From Octopus bimaculoides (lineage: Eukaryota), in contig NC_068990.1 in assembly GCF_001194135.2 (NCBI RefSeq), positions 84,864,940 to 84,928,939 of the forward strand: DNA of 64,000 nt, written 5' to 3'. How positions within the stretch are numbered: the stretch's first letter is position 1; every line of letters begins with the position of its first letter. The notes under the pieces are model-generated. The model was given only the letters and a program-made list of their open reading frames with translations, was not told where the DNA came from and made no database searches. Below are positions 14,300 to 26,300 of this stretch, piece by piece. The translations under genes were made by a program, and so were the position numbers.

Positions 14300-16510
14300 G
14301 AGGAAAGGAGTAGAACTACATTGCACATGTTCTGGAATATTGATCTGTTTCTAGCCTACATTTATCTCCTGTTCTTTGGGTCAAACTATTTAGGCTCACC
14401 AAGCCCAACGTTGACCTCCGCCCCATAGCAGTTGGTTGTACTTTGCGACGGCTCACAGCAAAAGTGTGTCTGTCCTTAGTTTCTAACTGCCTGACTGAGG
14501 AATTTTCACCTATTCAGCTAGGAATGGGTACAAAGCTAGGTTGTGAGGCTACTGCTCATGCCATCAGGGCTTTCACCAACTTGCCCTCTTAGTCCCCAAA
14601 GGTCATCCTCTAACTTGACCTTAACAATGATTTTAACTCCATCAGTTGAGACGTCATCCTCCGCGCAGTAAGGGAGAATTCCCCACCACTTTATCACTTT
14701 GTTTGGCAAGCCTATTGGGAGCCCTCCTACCTCTCGTTTGGTGAACACCTCATCCCATCTGCTTCTGGCGTCCAACAGAGTGATCCACTTGGTCCTGCCC
14801 TATTTGCACTGGGTTCTGAGGATGTTGCCAAGATGGGAACCGACCTAGACCTAAATGTCTGGTAACTCGATGATGCTTGTTTGGGAGGCCCTCCTGACAA
14901 GGTGCTTGCAACTGCGAAGACGATGAACGAGGAACTTAGTCGTAGAGGTCTTAGCATCAACAGCTCCAAATACGAGCTCTGGCTCCTCAGTCAACCAGCT
15001 TCGAATGAGCAGACGACTAAACTACTTGTTGACTCCCTCCCCTCAGTCACGATTCCTCCTTCATCAGCATGGTTCTCCCTTGGAGCCCAAACTACTGACC
15101 CAGCTTTCGAATCCATCTTTAGATCCAAAATGGCTAACCTCGAATAACTTTTTAAAAACTTTGAAGTAATTGAGCCCCAACAAGGTCTTTTTTTATACTT
15201 AAGAATTACTTGTCAATTCCTAACCTATTGTATTTTCTGAGAGTTAGTTCCTCTTACAGATTCCTGTCGTCCCACCAATACTGTGACTACCCAATCTTCA
15301 TTGCTTGGTCAATGTCAAAGTTTCCCCAGACGTCCGCGACCAAGCTGCTTTGCCCAACCGGTTTGGGGGTTTAGGTCTGCGCAAGTGCTCGTCTTTATCT
15401 CTTCCCTGTCACCCATTTCACACCCGATAAAGACGGTATACATTCGCAAAAGTTGACCACATTGTTATCTTGAAAATAACATGTTAGTGCAAGTATAAAT
15501 TTATTGATTAACATCTGTCACACACAGCCACTGGCGAAACCTGTCACTTGAAGCAAATTGTGACTGCAAACTGACCACCCGCCAGTATTTCAGTTATGGA
15601 CTCAGTCATTTTGTAACACATGTGAATGACGTTAACAAATATAATTATCAAGATGTTAAATTTAAAATTGATTTTAAACAGTATTTGAATTTTTTTCTTT
15701 GAATTTACGAAGAAAATATTTTAAAATATTAACAAATATAACTCATTTTTTGTATTTTATGAACTTAGTAATTCTTTTCTTACCTCCATCCACTCTTATT
15801 TCCCTTCCGTACTATCAACTAGTTCTGACGGGAGATGGATGAATCTTTGCTACAGCAGAGAGAACTGGGTTTGTCAGTTCCTGATACAGTTGAAGATAGA
15901 CAGAAGCAGAGAGTTGGAACAATATGTGCTCAGGTGCTACTTTTAACTCTCTCTTTGATCAATCTGTTCGTTTTTAAAGGTATCGTCTACTTATTGCAAG
16001 TATGAAATTCTCGGGGTACTGTACTGATACCCTACCTATGATCAATATTGGTGGTCTGCTCAGTCTGGATGAGCTCCGCATCTCCATTGAACTCCATTAA
16101 GTGGGTGACTGAAATGTCGACGTAGTGGAACCGTCGACTCCATAGGCCTTCATGATTTGTCTTGCAACCTAAATGCTTAGTCGTTTCGCTCGTCACACCT
16201 AGTTAAACTTCATCATTAAGTGGGTCCTGGCTTGGGTTAATATTCCCTCAATTCTGGAGCTGGCGGGGTTAACCAGACATGAAAGGAAGAGACCAGATGG
16301 TCTTACTCTTTGTCTCTGTGTAAGAGGTAGTTGCCTCATTTGGGACGCCACAGTCTGTGACTCATTTGCTCTATCTGACATCCTGGATGCTGCGGTAAAT
16401 GGAAGAATCACTGCTTCCGTAGCCGAACGGAACAAAATCCTCTGGTATCGGGACTTGTCAGTGAACCATTTTTTTAATTGGCAGCCCAATCTGTCAACCA
16501 TGGTAAGACT
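14300..16510 (+). mobile_element. Decayed CRE-clade non-LTR retrotransposon (RT, zinc knuckle, restriction-like endonuclease)
   Basis: KPNVDLRPIAVGCTLRRLTAK, QLGMG..GCEATAHAIR, SGVQQSDPLGPALFAL, NVW*LDDA at 14854-14877, then KRPDGLTL...LIWDATVCDSFA at about 16270-16370. Many stops; about 15410-15790 is an AT-rich interruption. Confidence 0.85.
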
Positions 16511-18109
16511 ACATAGCATGAAAGATCGTTGGTGCAGTTTCTCCTTCGTTATTTCTGTTGCGTTTGTACGATAGTAACCAAAAGTAAACTACAGAGTGAA
16601 CATTTTCTGTTCTTCAGAATTTAGTTTCGTAACCTCAGCAATCTCGCGCTTAAGTAAGACCTCTTTCCATATCAATCCTGGCAACTAGGGACACTAAATA
16701 CAAGCATATTCTTATTAAGGGAGTATGTCCCAAAATGAGTTCCTTGAAATTTAAAAAAGATTTTTTAGGGTTCTGGGAAATAAGGTGTCTTTTAATGAAA
16801 AAAAATCACAGAATATTGTATCGTCATTGTCTACAAGTCATTTGTAATGACTTAAATATGTTTAATTACCTCAACTATATATAGATTTATTAATTAATGA
16901 TTTAATTTACAAGAGTAACGGGATATTAACATACTATTTAAATGGAAAGTGAGATTTCTCCAATTACTTTTTCTTAACCAAAACTGTATCTGCTTTCCTG
17001 TAACTTTTTCCTACTTAAAATTGATGCTGTTTTCTAGTCACCGAAAAATAATATCCAATTTATATTATATTTTATAGATATGATTAATAGATCTCAAAGA
17101 AATTGGCGAAAAGGAATACCCATGAAAGAATATCGCTAAAATCTTTGGACAAAGCATGCATCTTACACCTTCCTTCCACCACTGTAAATTCAATACTTTC
17201 AGCCTACGTCAGAAAGAAATCAATATCTCTAAATATAGATTCTTAACCAATTTTATCCAGTAATGTTTCTAAATATAGAAACACAAGTCCAAAATGGATA
17301 ACCGTTAGTTTTATTTCATGGATATTGTGAGTGCATGTGTTTATGTGTAATTTTTTAATGTTAACGTGTTTGATTCTGTTTTAATATGTAGTTTATAGAA
17401 TTTCACATGCCACTATCTTGGTGTTTGTATATGTGGATGTATATCTACGTTTGTGTGTAATTCTTTGGGTTCATGTGCTTTGTCTGTGAGTGCGGCCTGT
17501 GATCTGTGTAATCATATGTACCAGTCTTATGTGTTAGTGTAACGTTCATTACTTTACAGTGTCATCCATTTATGGCCTCCTAAAGTTTGTTCACAAACAA
17601 TCCTCCTCACAGTTTTACTGCAAAATTAGAAACGTTTTCCGTAACACATTGCTCTTCCAAATCCTTCGTAGTTTAACATATGACAAATCACTAAGTGCAC
17701 TGGACATACGTGGACACTCCCACGTGCGTAACAATGGTGGCCATAATGGTAAAATTTGTGTAGTACAATGTAACTCATAAGAGTGATGGTCAAGCTCATC
17801 AATTGCAAGCATGTTGCGCTAGCTAGTTGGCGCACCGTTTCAAAAGTCCATTTTCTTTTCGGACAGACCATTCGTGTGTTTTCGTATTTTACTTTCAAAT
17901 ATTCCTTTGTTTCGCGACCACACTTCTTACAAAAGCATCTTTCCCTACCTTGTTTTTGCTATTCCGTGTGCTTTACCATGGTTTCTATGGCTGGATGCCC
18001 TTCCTAATGCCAACCACTCCAAGAGTGTAGTGGATGCTTTTTACATGCCACTGACATTGGTCACGACTATGATCTCACTTGGCTTGACGGGTCTTCTCAA
18101 GCTGCTGAC

Positions 18110-18560
18110 ATCATCATCAACATCATCATTGTTTAACGTCCGTTTTCCATGCTGGCATGGGTAGGATGGTTTGACTGAGGTCTGGGGAGTCAGTGGCTGC
18201 ACCAGGCTCCAATCTGATCTGGCAATGTTTCTACAGCTGGATGCTCTTCCTAATGCTAACCACTCTGAGAGTGTGGTGGGTGCTTGTTACGTGCCACCAG
18301 CACAGGAGCCAGTCAAACGGGCCTGGCATCGATCATGTTTGGATAGTGCTTTTTACGTGCTACTGGTATGGAAGCCAGTCAAGGGGTACTGGCATCAGCC
18401 ATGTTCAGATGGTGCTTTTTATGTGCCACTGGCACAGGGGCCAGTCGGGCGGTCCTGGCATCAATCGTATTTGGATAGTGCTTTTTACATGCCACCAGCA
18501 CAAGAACCAGTCAGGGGGTACTCGCATCAGCTACGTTCGGATAGTGCATGGCAGATTTTC
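18110..18560 (-). mobile_element. Family A repeat, older copy with internal subrepeats
   Basis: Same tail and ctacagctggatgc..cttcctaatgc core; repeated gtgcttttta.gtgccac.g.cac units. Confidence 0.75.
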
Positions 18561-20174
18561 AGTACTGTTGAAGGAAATGAGTTTGTCATATACCCAGATA
18601 TTGTTTAGGTCTTTTTCATGGAAGTAGAGTTTATTTGACACAAGGTGTATAGTTAGCTTATATCTATGTGCAAAATGTTTTTGAGAAGCAATGGATATCA
18701 TCAATTCAAGGATTAATTACTATATTAAACAACAAATGAACACCATAATAGATAAGAAAGCTAATCTACAGTCTTCATATTACTAATTGGTGATATTAAA
18801 ATACATAAAATGCAGTTATTCTTTTAATTTAAAATGAAGACTATAGATTAGAGCAGTGGTTTTAAATCTTTTTGATTTTGTGGTACATTGGGATTCAGAT
18901 AAATCTGTTTTCACATTGTAAGTTTAAAAAGAAAAGTTTTAATTGAAAGATTTTATTTAGCCTGTTTCATTAATTCTCTTGATACCAACCCACTTGAGGA
19001 TGCCCTAGTTTCATCCATCCATTGGTCCCTCTTCTCCACCCACTATTTCTAGCAATATCATGTCAGGATATCACTGAGGGTTCCTTAAAATGGTCGTTCA
19101 ATTTGCTAGAAATAGCAGTTAAATCTTTCTCAAATTACACCCTTTGATCATAAAATAGGAAACGACACAGTTAAAGTAGAACATAAATACCCATGTAATG
19201 ACAGGATGGTCATTGTTGGAATGCTTTTGATCATAGCTCTGCTGGATCAAGGTTGGTCTGGTGCTAAGCAATAATGTTTAATTTTCAAGCCAACAAGGAA
19301 GTTGCTAGACTGCTACAAAGAGCAGCCAAGTCTCTTTCAAATTACAACCTACCATCTTAAAATAACAAAATTCCATATTTGGTAATGTATCCTTAGATAC
19401 CTTTTGCTTCTGATCATAAACCTCTGTTTGATCTAGTGTTAAACAACAAGAATCAAAAGGTTTGACAAAAATCTTTGGAGAACAGAGAGATAGATAGATA
19501 GATATATATAGAGAGAGATGGGTTGCAAGAAACAGCATTCCAAATTTGCCCCAAATAACACCTTACTATCTTAAAACAAGAGGGCTCACATAGGATAATG
19601 TATTCTTGTATAAAAGATGCAATGGACATGACAAAAACTACTTTGATTTTGCTCATAGGTCTATTCAATCATGACTGGCCTGAGTTAAATGACAATAACC
19701 TTATAATATTTAGCACATCTTGTTTGTTCCAATACCAACAATACACTGTTGGTTTAAGGATACAACAAGACATGTAAATCCTACTTTTGGATTAGCTTCA
19801 TGTTAATGATACATGTATTAGTGTTTAGCACCACCACTTCAATCTCTTTAACAGATTTGATGAACAGAAAAGGAGTTTAAAACAGAGGATTTCATCACCA
19901 CCATCTAGTCAGTTGACAAAACATGATGGGATATCTATTAGTTAATCTAAGTTAATCCCTTGTAATATATGTTGGCAGGCAAGAGATGTAATAACTACTA
20001 AAAATATCTAAGTCAGTTAATTCATACTAGGGATAAAAAGATAAAACAGCAACATTATCATGGAAATGTTAAGTAATGTGACATTTAATCACACATTTAT
20101 TTCAAGACCAATTAGGTCATCTCAACAAGCCATCAAACAGGGAGGAAAAGGAGGAGAGAGGAAAAAAAAATATA

Positions 20175-20560
20175 AGTAGCTTGCTTACCAACCACATGGT
20201 CCCGGGTTCAGTCCCACTGCGTGGCATCTTGGGCAAGTGTCTTCTACTATAGCCTCGGGCCGACCAAAGCCTTGTGAGTGGATTTGGTAGACGGAAACTG
20301 AAAGAAGCCTGTCGTATATATGTATATATATATATGTGTGTGTGTGTGTATGTGTTTGTATGTCTGTGTTTGTCCCCCAACATCGCTTGACAACCGATGC
20401 TGGTGTGTTCATGTCCCCGTAACTTAGCGGTTCGGCAAAAGAGACCGATAGAATAAGTACTAGGTTTCCAAAGAATAAGTCCTGGGGTCGATTTGCTCGA
20501 CTAAAGGCGGTGCTCCAGCATGGCCACAGTCAAAAGACTGAAACAAGTAAAAGAGTAAAA
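20175..20560 (+). mobile_element. tRNA-derived SINE family B
   Basis: Near-identical reverse complement of 4045-4445, with the extreme 5' end missing. Confidence 0.87.
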
Positions 20561-22463
20561 GAATATATATATATAAAGATAAAAATCAGTTTTTCCTTTA
20601 ACTCAAAATGGCAACAAATTTCATTTCACTGAAACTATACACACAGCTCTAAAAGTTCTCATCAAATATATATGTTCCTTTAACATGGACAGTCAAGTCA
20701 ATATTGGGCACAGATCAACTAATGGCCTAATGTAGTTCTGCTGTAGAAAAACTGGGTGGATAGTTTGAAAAAAATTGCTTCCTGTATTATCAATGAATTT
20801 TCTCTTCATGGAGTTAAATAGGGTGTGGTGAATCCTATAACTTACTGATCTATTGGGACATCGCTGCAGTTTTTGTCTCTGCATCGTGTGTCTAGGGAAG
20901 ATACTTTCCTTACTGAAATTATCTACTATAATAATACTCTTGTGTTTTTCTCCGTCACAGCATATGAATGAGAAAGAAGGGGTGATAGATGAATAAGGAA
21001 GGAAGGGGTGATGTCAAACTGGTAGTGGGATGATGGGAATTCTATGGTGAAAAGAAATTCAAACAGTGTTTCAACTCTGTGTGAGTATATGTGTGTGTGT
21101 AAAGAGGTGATGGGGAAGTAGAGGGAGACTTAACAGCGACATAGAGCAAGAGACCTACAGGTAGATATATTGTATTTACCTGCTTTATCACTACCATTAT
21201 TTTAATGTTATTTTTGTTTTGTTTTTTTGACATGTTGACATGGGTAGATAGGTAGGTGTTCTTAAGCGCTGAATGTCATCAATCATTAGGTTCTTTGTCA
21301 TTTCCTTTGAGAAGCTCAGCATCCTGAAATTAATTTTCACTACTTCACCATAGTTCTTTTGTCTTCTATATTCTAGGTCATTTCCTTTGTAACATCTGCC
21401 ACCTCAGTGATATAAACTATTACTGGTGCAACAAAAGAAGTAGTATCATAGGTTTCAAAAATGCTGAAACTAAGCTGATTCTGGCCTCCATTGCTGATGA
21501 GGGATGTTTCATGTCTAATTGTCCTTTTCTTTTAGTTGTTTCCATATTCCACTTCATTTTTCCATTAGAGACACACACACATATTATTCAAATATGTTTG
21601 TATTTATATAACATCATTTATAAGTGATATAACGTTGTTTATAAGTGCTCGCCCATTTATATATATATATATATGAATTCGATGACTGGCACCTGTGCCA
21701 GTGGAGCGCTAACAGCACCATCGAAGCAGGATCATTGCCAGAGCAGCTGTCTGGCTTCCGTGCTGGTGGTATGTAAAAAGCACCATTTGAGCGAGGTCGT
21801 TGCCAGTGCCGCTGGACTAACTCTCTTTGTTGTTCCTTTCAGTAAACACATTATCACTCTCTCTTTTTACTTCTTTCAAATATACATCTCCCCTGTGTTC
21901 AATTTTCTCTTTGCCATCTACCTCTTTCTTCAACTATTTAACCACATACCATAATAGCAATTGAGCCTTTCCTCCAAGCTCTCACCACTGACCACTTTCT
22001 ACTCTCTCTCTTTCTCTCACTCCCACCTCTTCTCCCTTCAACTAACCACAGCATCTAACATTTTCCTCCAGCATATCAATATATATATATATATAACAGT
22101 AGTGGTAATAGTAGTAGTAGTAACAATAATAAAAGCCAAAAAAAACTGTTTATGTTTTTAAAAATTTTAATCTATGATATGCAAAACAAAACTTTGAAAT
22201 GTATGAGAAACAAAACCTGATAATTTCAGGTTCTTTTTGAATGATAGTTTATAGCAACTTTCAAATACTGTTTATGTATTCAAGATTCCGTGTTATATTT
22301 GTGTTGCAACCTTTACATAACACCTCCTATGTTACACATGTTCCATATTATGTTAAGTCGTCAGTTACACATTTTCTGTCAGAAGCTTTACATAGCACTG
22401 TTTGTATTACTTGCTACATGCTATGCAAAGTATAGTTACATAACATGTTACATTTTCTATGTT

Positions 22464-22501
<38 letters not shown>

Positions 22502-22594
22502 GTATGAAACATATATGAATATCTTCAGTAAATCATAAATCCAAAAGAGAAGCACAGTCTCAGTTATAGAGCAGCAGAGTATATAAATAAAGAT

Positions 22595-22815
22595 AGATAT
22601 GGCTTTGTATATGGGGTTAGCCTATGTTTCACGTCCATAAAGTGCTCAGCTTTACAGAATTTCTTCAGACCCTAAAACTGTTAGCCTATGGCCTCTCTAG
22701 CAAGACTTGCTAGAGAGGCCATAGGCAAATAGGTTTTAGGGTCTGAAGAAATGCTGTAAAGCTGAGCACTTTATGGACGTGAAACCCAGGATAACCCCAT
22801 AGACTGGCCATATCT
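22595..22815. repeat. 221-bp near-perfect palindrome (1-nt loop at 22705)
   Basis: ...gcctatggcctctctagcaag-a-cttgctagagaggccataggc...; arms pair over about 110 bp with few mismatches. Confidence 0.92.
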
Positions 22816-23008
22816 TTACCCATATATATATATATACACACACACATATAGAGCCTTACTCATTATGTCTGTTATGTTGTACTGGTTATATATTGTACAG
22901 TATGTCTTATGTAGCATTCCATGTAGCAAATCTGTTACATATTTTATGTAAGGAACCTGTGACACAGGTTATATGTTACACTTACCATGTTACAAGTGTC
23001 ATCTTTTG

Positions 23009-23014
23009 TTTATT
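23009..23014 (-). terminator. Candidate polyadenylation signal for the ARM-AlbA gene
   Basis: First minus-strand AATAAA I found, about 176 nt after the TGA. Confidence 0.3.
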
Positions 23015-23189
23015 ATGTTACAGGATTCATTTAATGACCGTCATGTTACAACTTTCGTCTTACATATTAAATCTTACACGTCTTATCTTGTTATGCATTC
23101 AAGCCCTCAATATCACAAATTCTGTCACATTTTTCTTGTTAATTTGTGCATGTAAGTCCTTACAATGAGAGTCCTTCTAGTTCCAGCAG

Positions 23190-23324
23190 TCAAACTGGGG
23201 ACATTGGGTTTTTATAATTTGTCCTCGCTTGAATAGCGGTTAATCTATCAAGCTCATCCTTCCATTTCTTTTCCTCAAGTTTCCATTTCTCTAACTCAGC
23301 ACCAATAACCATTAGTCGCAGCAT
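23190..23324 (-). CDS. ARM-AlbA gene terminal exon 10 (MLRLMVIGAELEKWKLEEKKWKDELDRLTAIQARTNYKNPMSPV*)
   Basis: ctacag| acceptor, phase 0, charged coiled-coil helix, TGA at 23192-23190. Confidence 0.82.
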   Translation of the reverse strand: MLRLMVIGAELEKWKLEEKKWKDELDRLTAIQARTNYKNPMSPV

Positions 23325-26300
23325 CTGTAGTCGAGTTTAACAATAAATCAAATTTACATGAAGCTTCAATATTGTTTTAAGTTTATTCAAGATTTAAACT
23401 TTAACATGCAAAACCTACATCAAATAAACAACGAAATGAAATTCAAATAGGAATCACACTTGCGTTTTTGCACAATTCTCTCTCATGTGTAGATAGATTC
23501 CCTCATCTCCCTGCAGACATTAACTTACAGCTGTTTAAGCTGAATTTAAACCACGTCATCCCACTAGGACTAGTAAATGTCATAGCTACAGCTCTTTCTT
23601 ATGATTAAGTCATAAAATAAATTTCAGTTGACTAGCAACTGTTACTGTGGTCAAAGAGGATGAATAATTGTTTCTTGTTTCAAACAAAAGTGTTTTAATA
23701 GAACTGAAATATTGACAGTTTCTGTTACCTAGGTGAATAAATTTCTATGGAGGAAAATGTTATGAAAGCATAATAGTCAGAGTGGAAAAAAATCACGGAG
23801 TTATTACTTCTGGTTTCAAAGGGCAGATTGTGTGGTGCTTGTGTACAAAGTACAATGTTGTATGGAAGCGAAACATGGGCACTGAATATAGAGGATGTAT
23901 GAATGCTGGAAAGAAACTGGGTGAGTAATTTCCTTTCCTTTACTCCCCATGATTGTAAATCAGTGAACAACCTGAAGTAGGATGTATTCCGACAGGCTCA
24001 CTTGCCCACAACACTGTATGAAGAAGAATGTCTTTTAATGGTCGTCCAATAACCCAGTAACCAATTTGTTATTATATTTTTGTTGAAATACACTGCCTTT
24101 GTTTGAATGAATTTTTAAAAATAATAAACGACCGTGAGGTTGTGAGTTTGAATCTTGGACCGGGCTGCGTGTTGTGTTCTTGAGCAAAACACTTATTTCA
24201 TGTTGTTCCAGTTCACTCAGCTGTAGAAATGGCGTGGAGAGGGGAGGCTGGTATGCATGGGCGACTGCTGGTCTCCCATAAACAACCTTGCCTGGACTTG
24301 TGCCTCGGAGGGGAACTTTCTAGGTGCAAACCCATGGTCAGTCATGACCGAAGGGGGTCTCAGCAGCTCAGTAGCTATTGTTACTACATTAGACTTTGCT
24401 TTTCTAAATTTGCCAACTTTGTACAACCCTCATCCAAACCTACATGATGCAGTTGCCTCCCATCAACTTGTTTCACTGAATTTCAACCTCATAGATTTTG
24501 TATTCAATACCTTCTCAATCCTTTCTATTTAAAATGGGTCTGGAATTTTCATACCTTCTCCATGTCTCCCTATAAAACACCAACTATAGCAGCTCAAGCT
24601 GAACATTAATTACATGACCCCACTAATTTATCCCTTTCTCTCAGTCTAGATGCACCAAATTCTTAGATTTATCATGAATCGAGTTTCAATTGAATAGATG
24701 CTGTAACTCACCTCAGCTCCAACAAGCTGGGTTTCACCATTGTGCCGAAAATAACTCTTGCCTTTAAAAGAATAGAAACTTTCCTGTGCAAACGTGGAGA
24801 TTTCTGTCATAAAAGAAAAATAACAATTCTATGGTTATTACATTTGAAAGCTGGTAGCAAATGATGCAAACTTTTAGGAGTATTAACCTTAACTTAGGAG
24901 TTGAGACAACTTTTCAATATTCATATAACATTGTCATGGCCGATGCCAGTACTAACTGACTGGCACTTATACCGGTGGCACATAAGCACCATTTGAGGTG
25001 GTTGATGCTAGTGCTACCTGACTGGTCCTGTGCTGGTGGCATGTAAAAAGCACCATTTCAGCGTAGTCGTTACCAGTGCCGCCTGACTGGCTCCTGTGAT
25101 GGTGGCATGTAAAAAGCACCATTCAGGTGTGGTTGAAGCCAGTACCACCTGACTGACCCTCATGCCGGTGGCACATAAAAAGCACCCACTACACTCTTGG
25201 AGTGGTTGGCATTAGGAAGGGCATCCAGCTGTAGAAACCTCGCCACATCAGACTGGAGCATGGAAAGGGATGTGAAATGATGATGATGATTTTGAACTTG
25301 GAATGTTATCAGCATTTAAAGCCTATATTCCATACTGGCATGGGTTGGATGTTTTGACAGGAGCTGGTATGTCAGAGAGCTGCACCAGGCTTCAACTGTC
25401 TGTTTTGGTGTCGTTTCTACAGCTGGATGCTTTTTCTAATGCCAACCACTTTACAAAATGTACTGCATGCTTTTTATGTGGCATTGGTATGGGAGCTTTT
25501 TACATTGTACAAGCATAAGTGCTTTATACATGAAACCAGCACAGGTGTTTCTTAAGTGACGTCAGCACACGTAAGGCAATTTGTCAGATGCTCAAAAAAT
25601 TCTAACAATCCACTGAACCAAATAATTACCTGTTTGAGAACTCTCAAGAGCAAAAACAACTTCCCACTACATTCATATTCTATCCAGAGAGAGAGAGAGA
25701 GAAATATATATCACTCAATTGCTTAATGCAGAGAGAAGTTCATTATACAGCTCACATCCTCTCCTAATGAGCCAATGTGAGCCAATATGCAACCATTTGA
25801 TCTGTTAGAAGTAGCAGACAAATTCCCTCAGATCACATCCCATTTCTTTAAAAAAGGAAGGCCACATTGAACAATGAAGTCCCAGAAATACAAACAAACA
25901 GGATGGTCACAGTTGGAATGTTTTTGACCACTGAGAAGATCAAAGGTTTACTCAATCAGAACTGACTCCAGACAAAACAACAAGTCATCAACTTCTACAC
26001 AAGAAACCTCTAAGATGAAGATAACCCAATCACATAAGAATCTGTAGTGGTGACAGATCATTCTCAAATGAGGATAAATCAACTGTCTCTCTTCTCAATG
26101 CTCTGGACTGTCACAACTTTTCAGAGAGGATTGTCATGGTTGAAATGCATTTGATTATAGGTCTGGTGGTTCAAAGTTGACCTGGTGTTAAAACAACATC
26201 AACAAGTGTCAAATCAATGAAGGAACCTATATTCAGTCGCTTGATGCACTAGAAGTAGCAACTAGTTTCCCTACATTACAACTTAATATAGATAATATAG

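Noticed and set aside
17560-17990. CpG-retaining segment with a Cys-rich frame (CFCKKCGRETKEY...VCPKRKW)
   Set aside because: No family recognised and no splice support. It may be a decayed TE or viral fragment and needs a profile search.
18171-18627. Short regularly spaced repeats that superficially resemble a CRISPR array (also 24950-25190)
   Set aside because: They are internal subrepeats of family A with non-unique spacers in a eukaryotic context.
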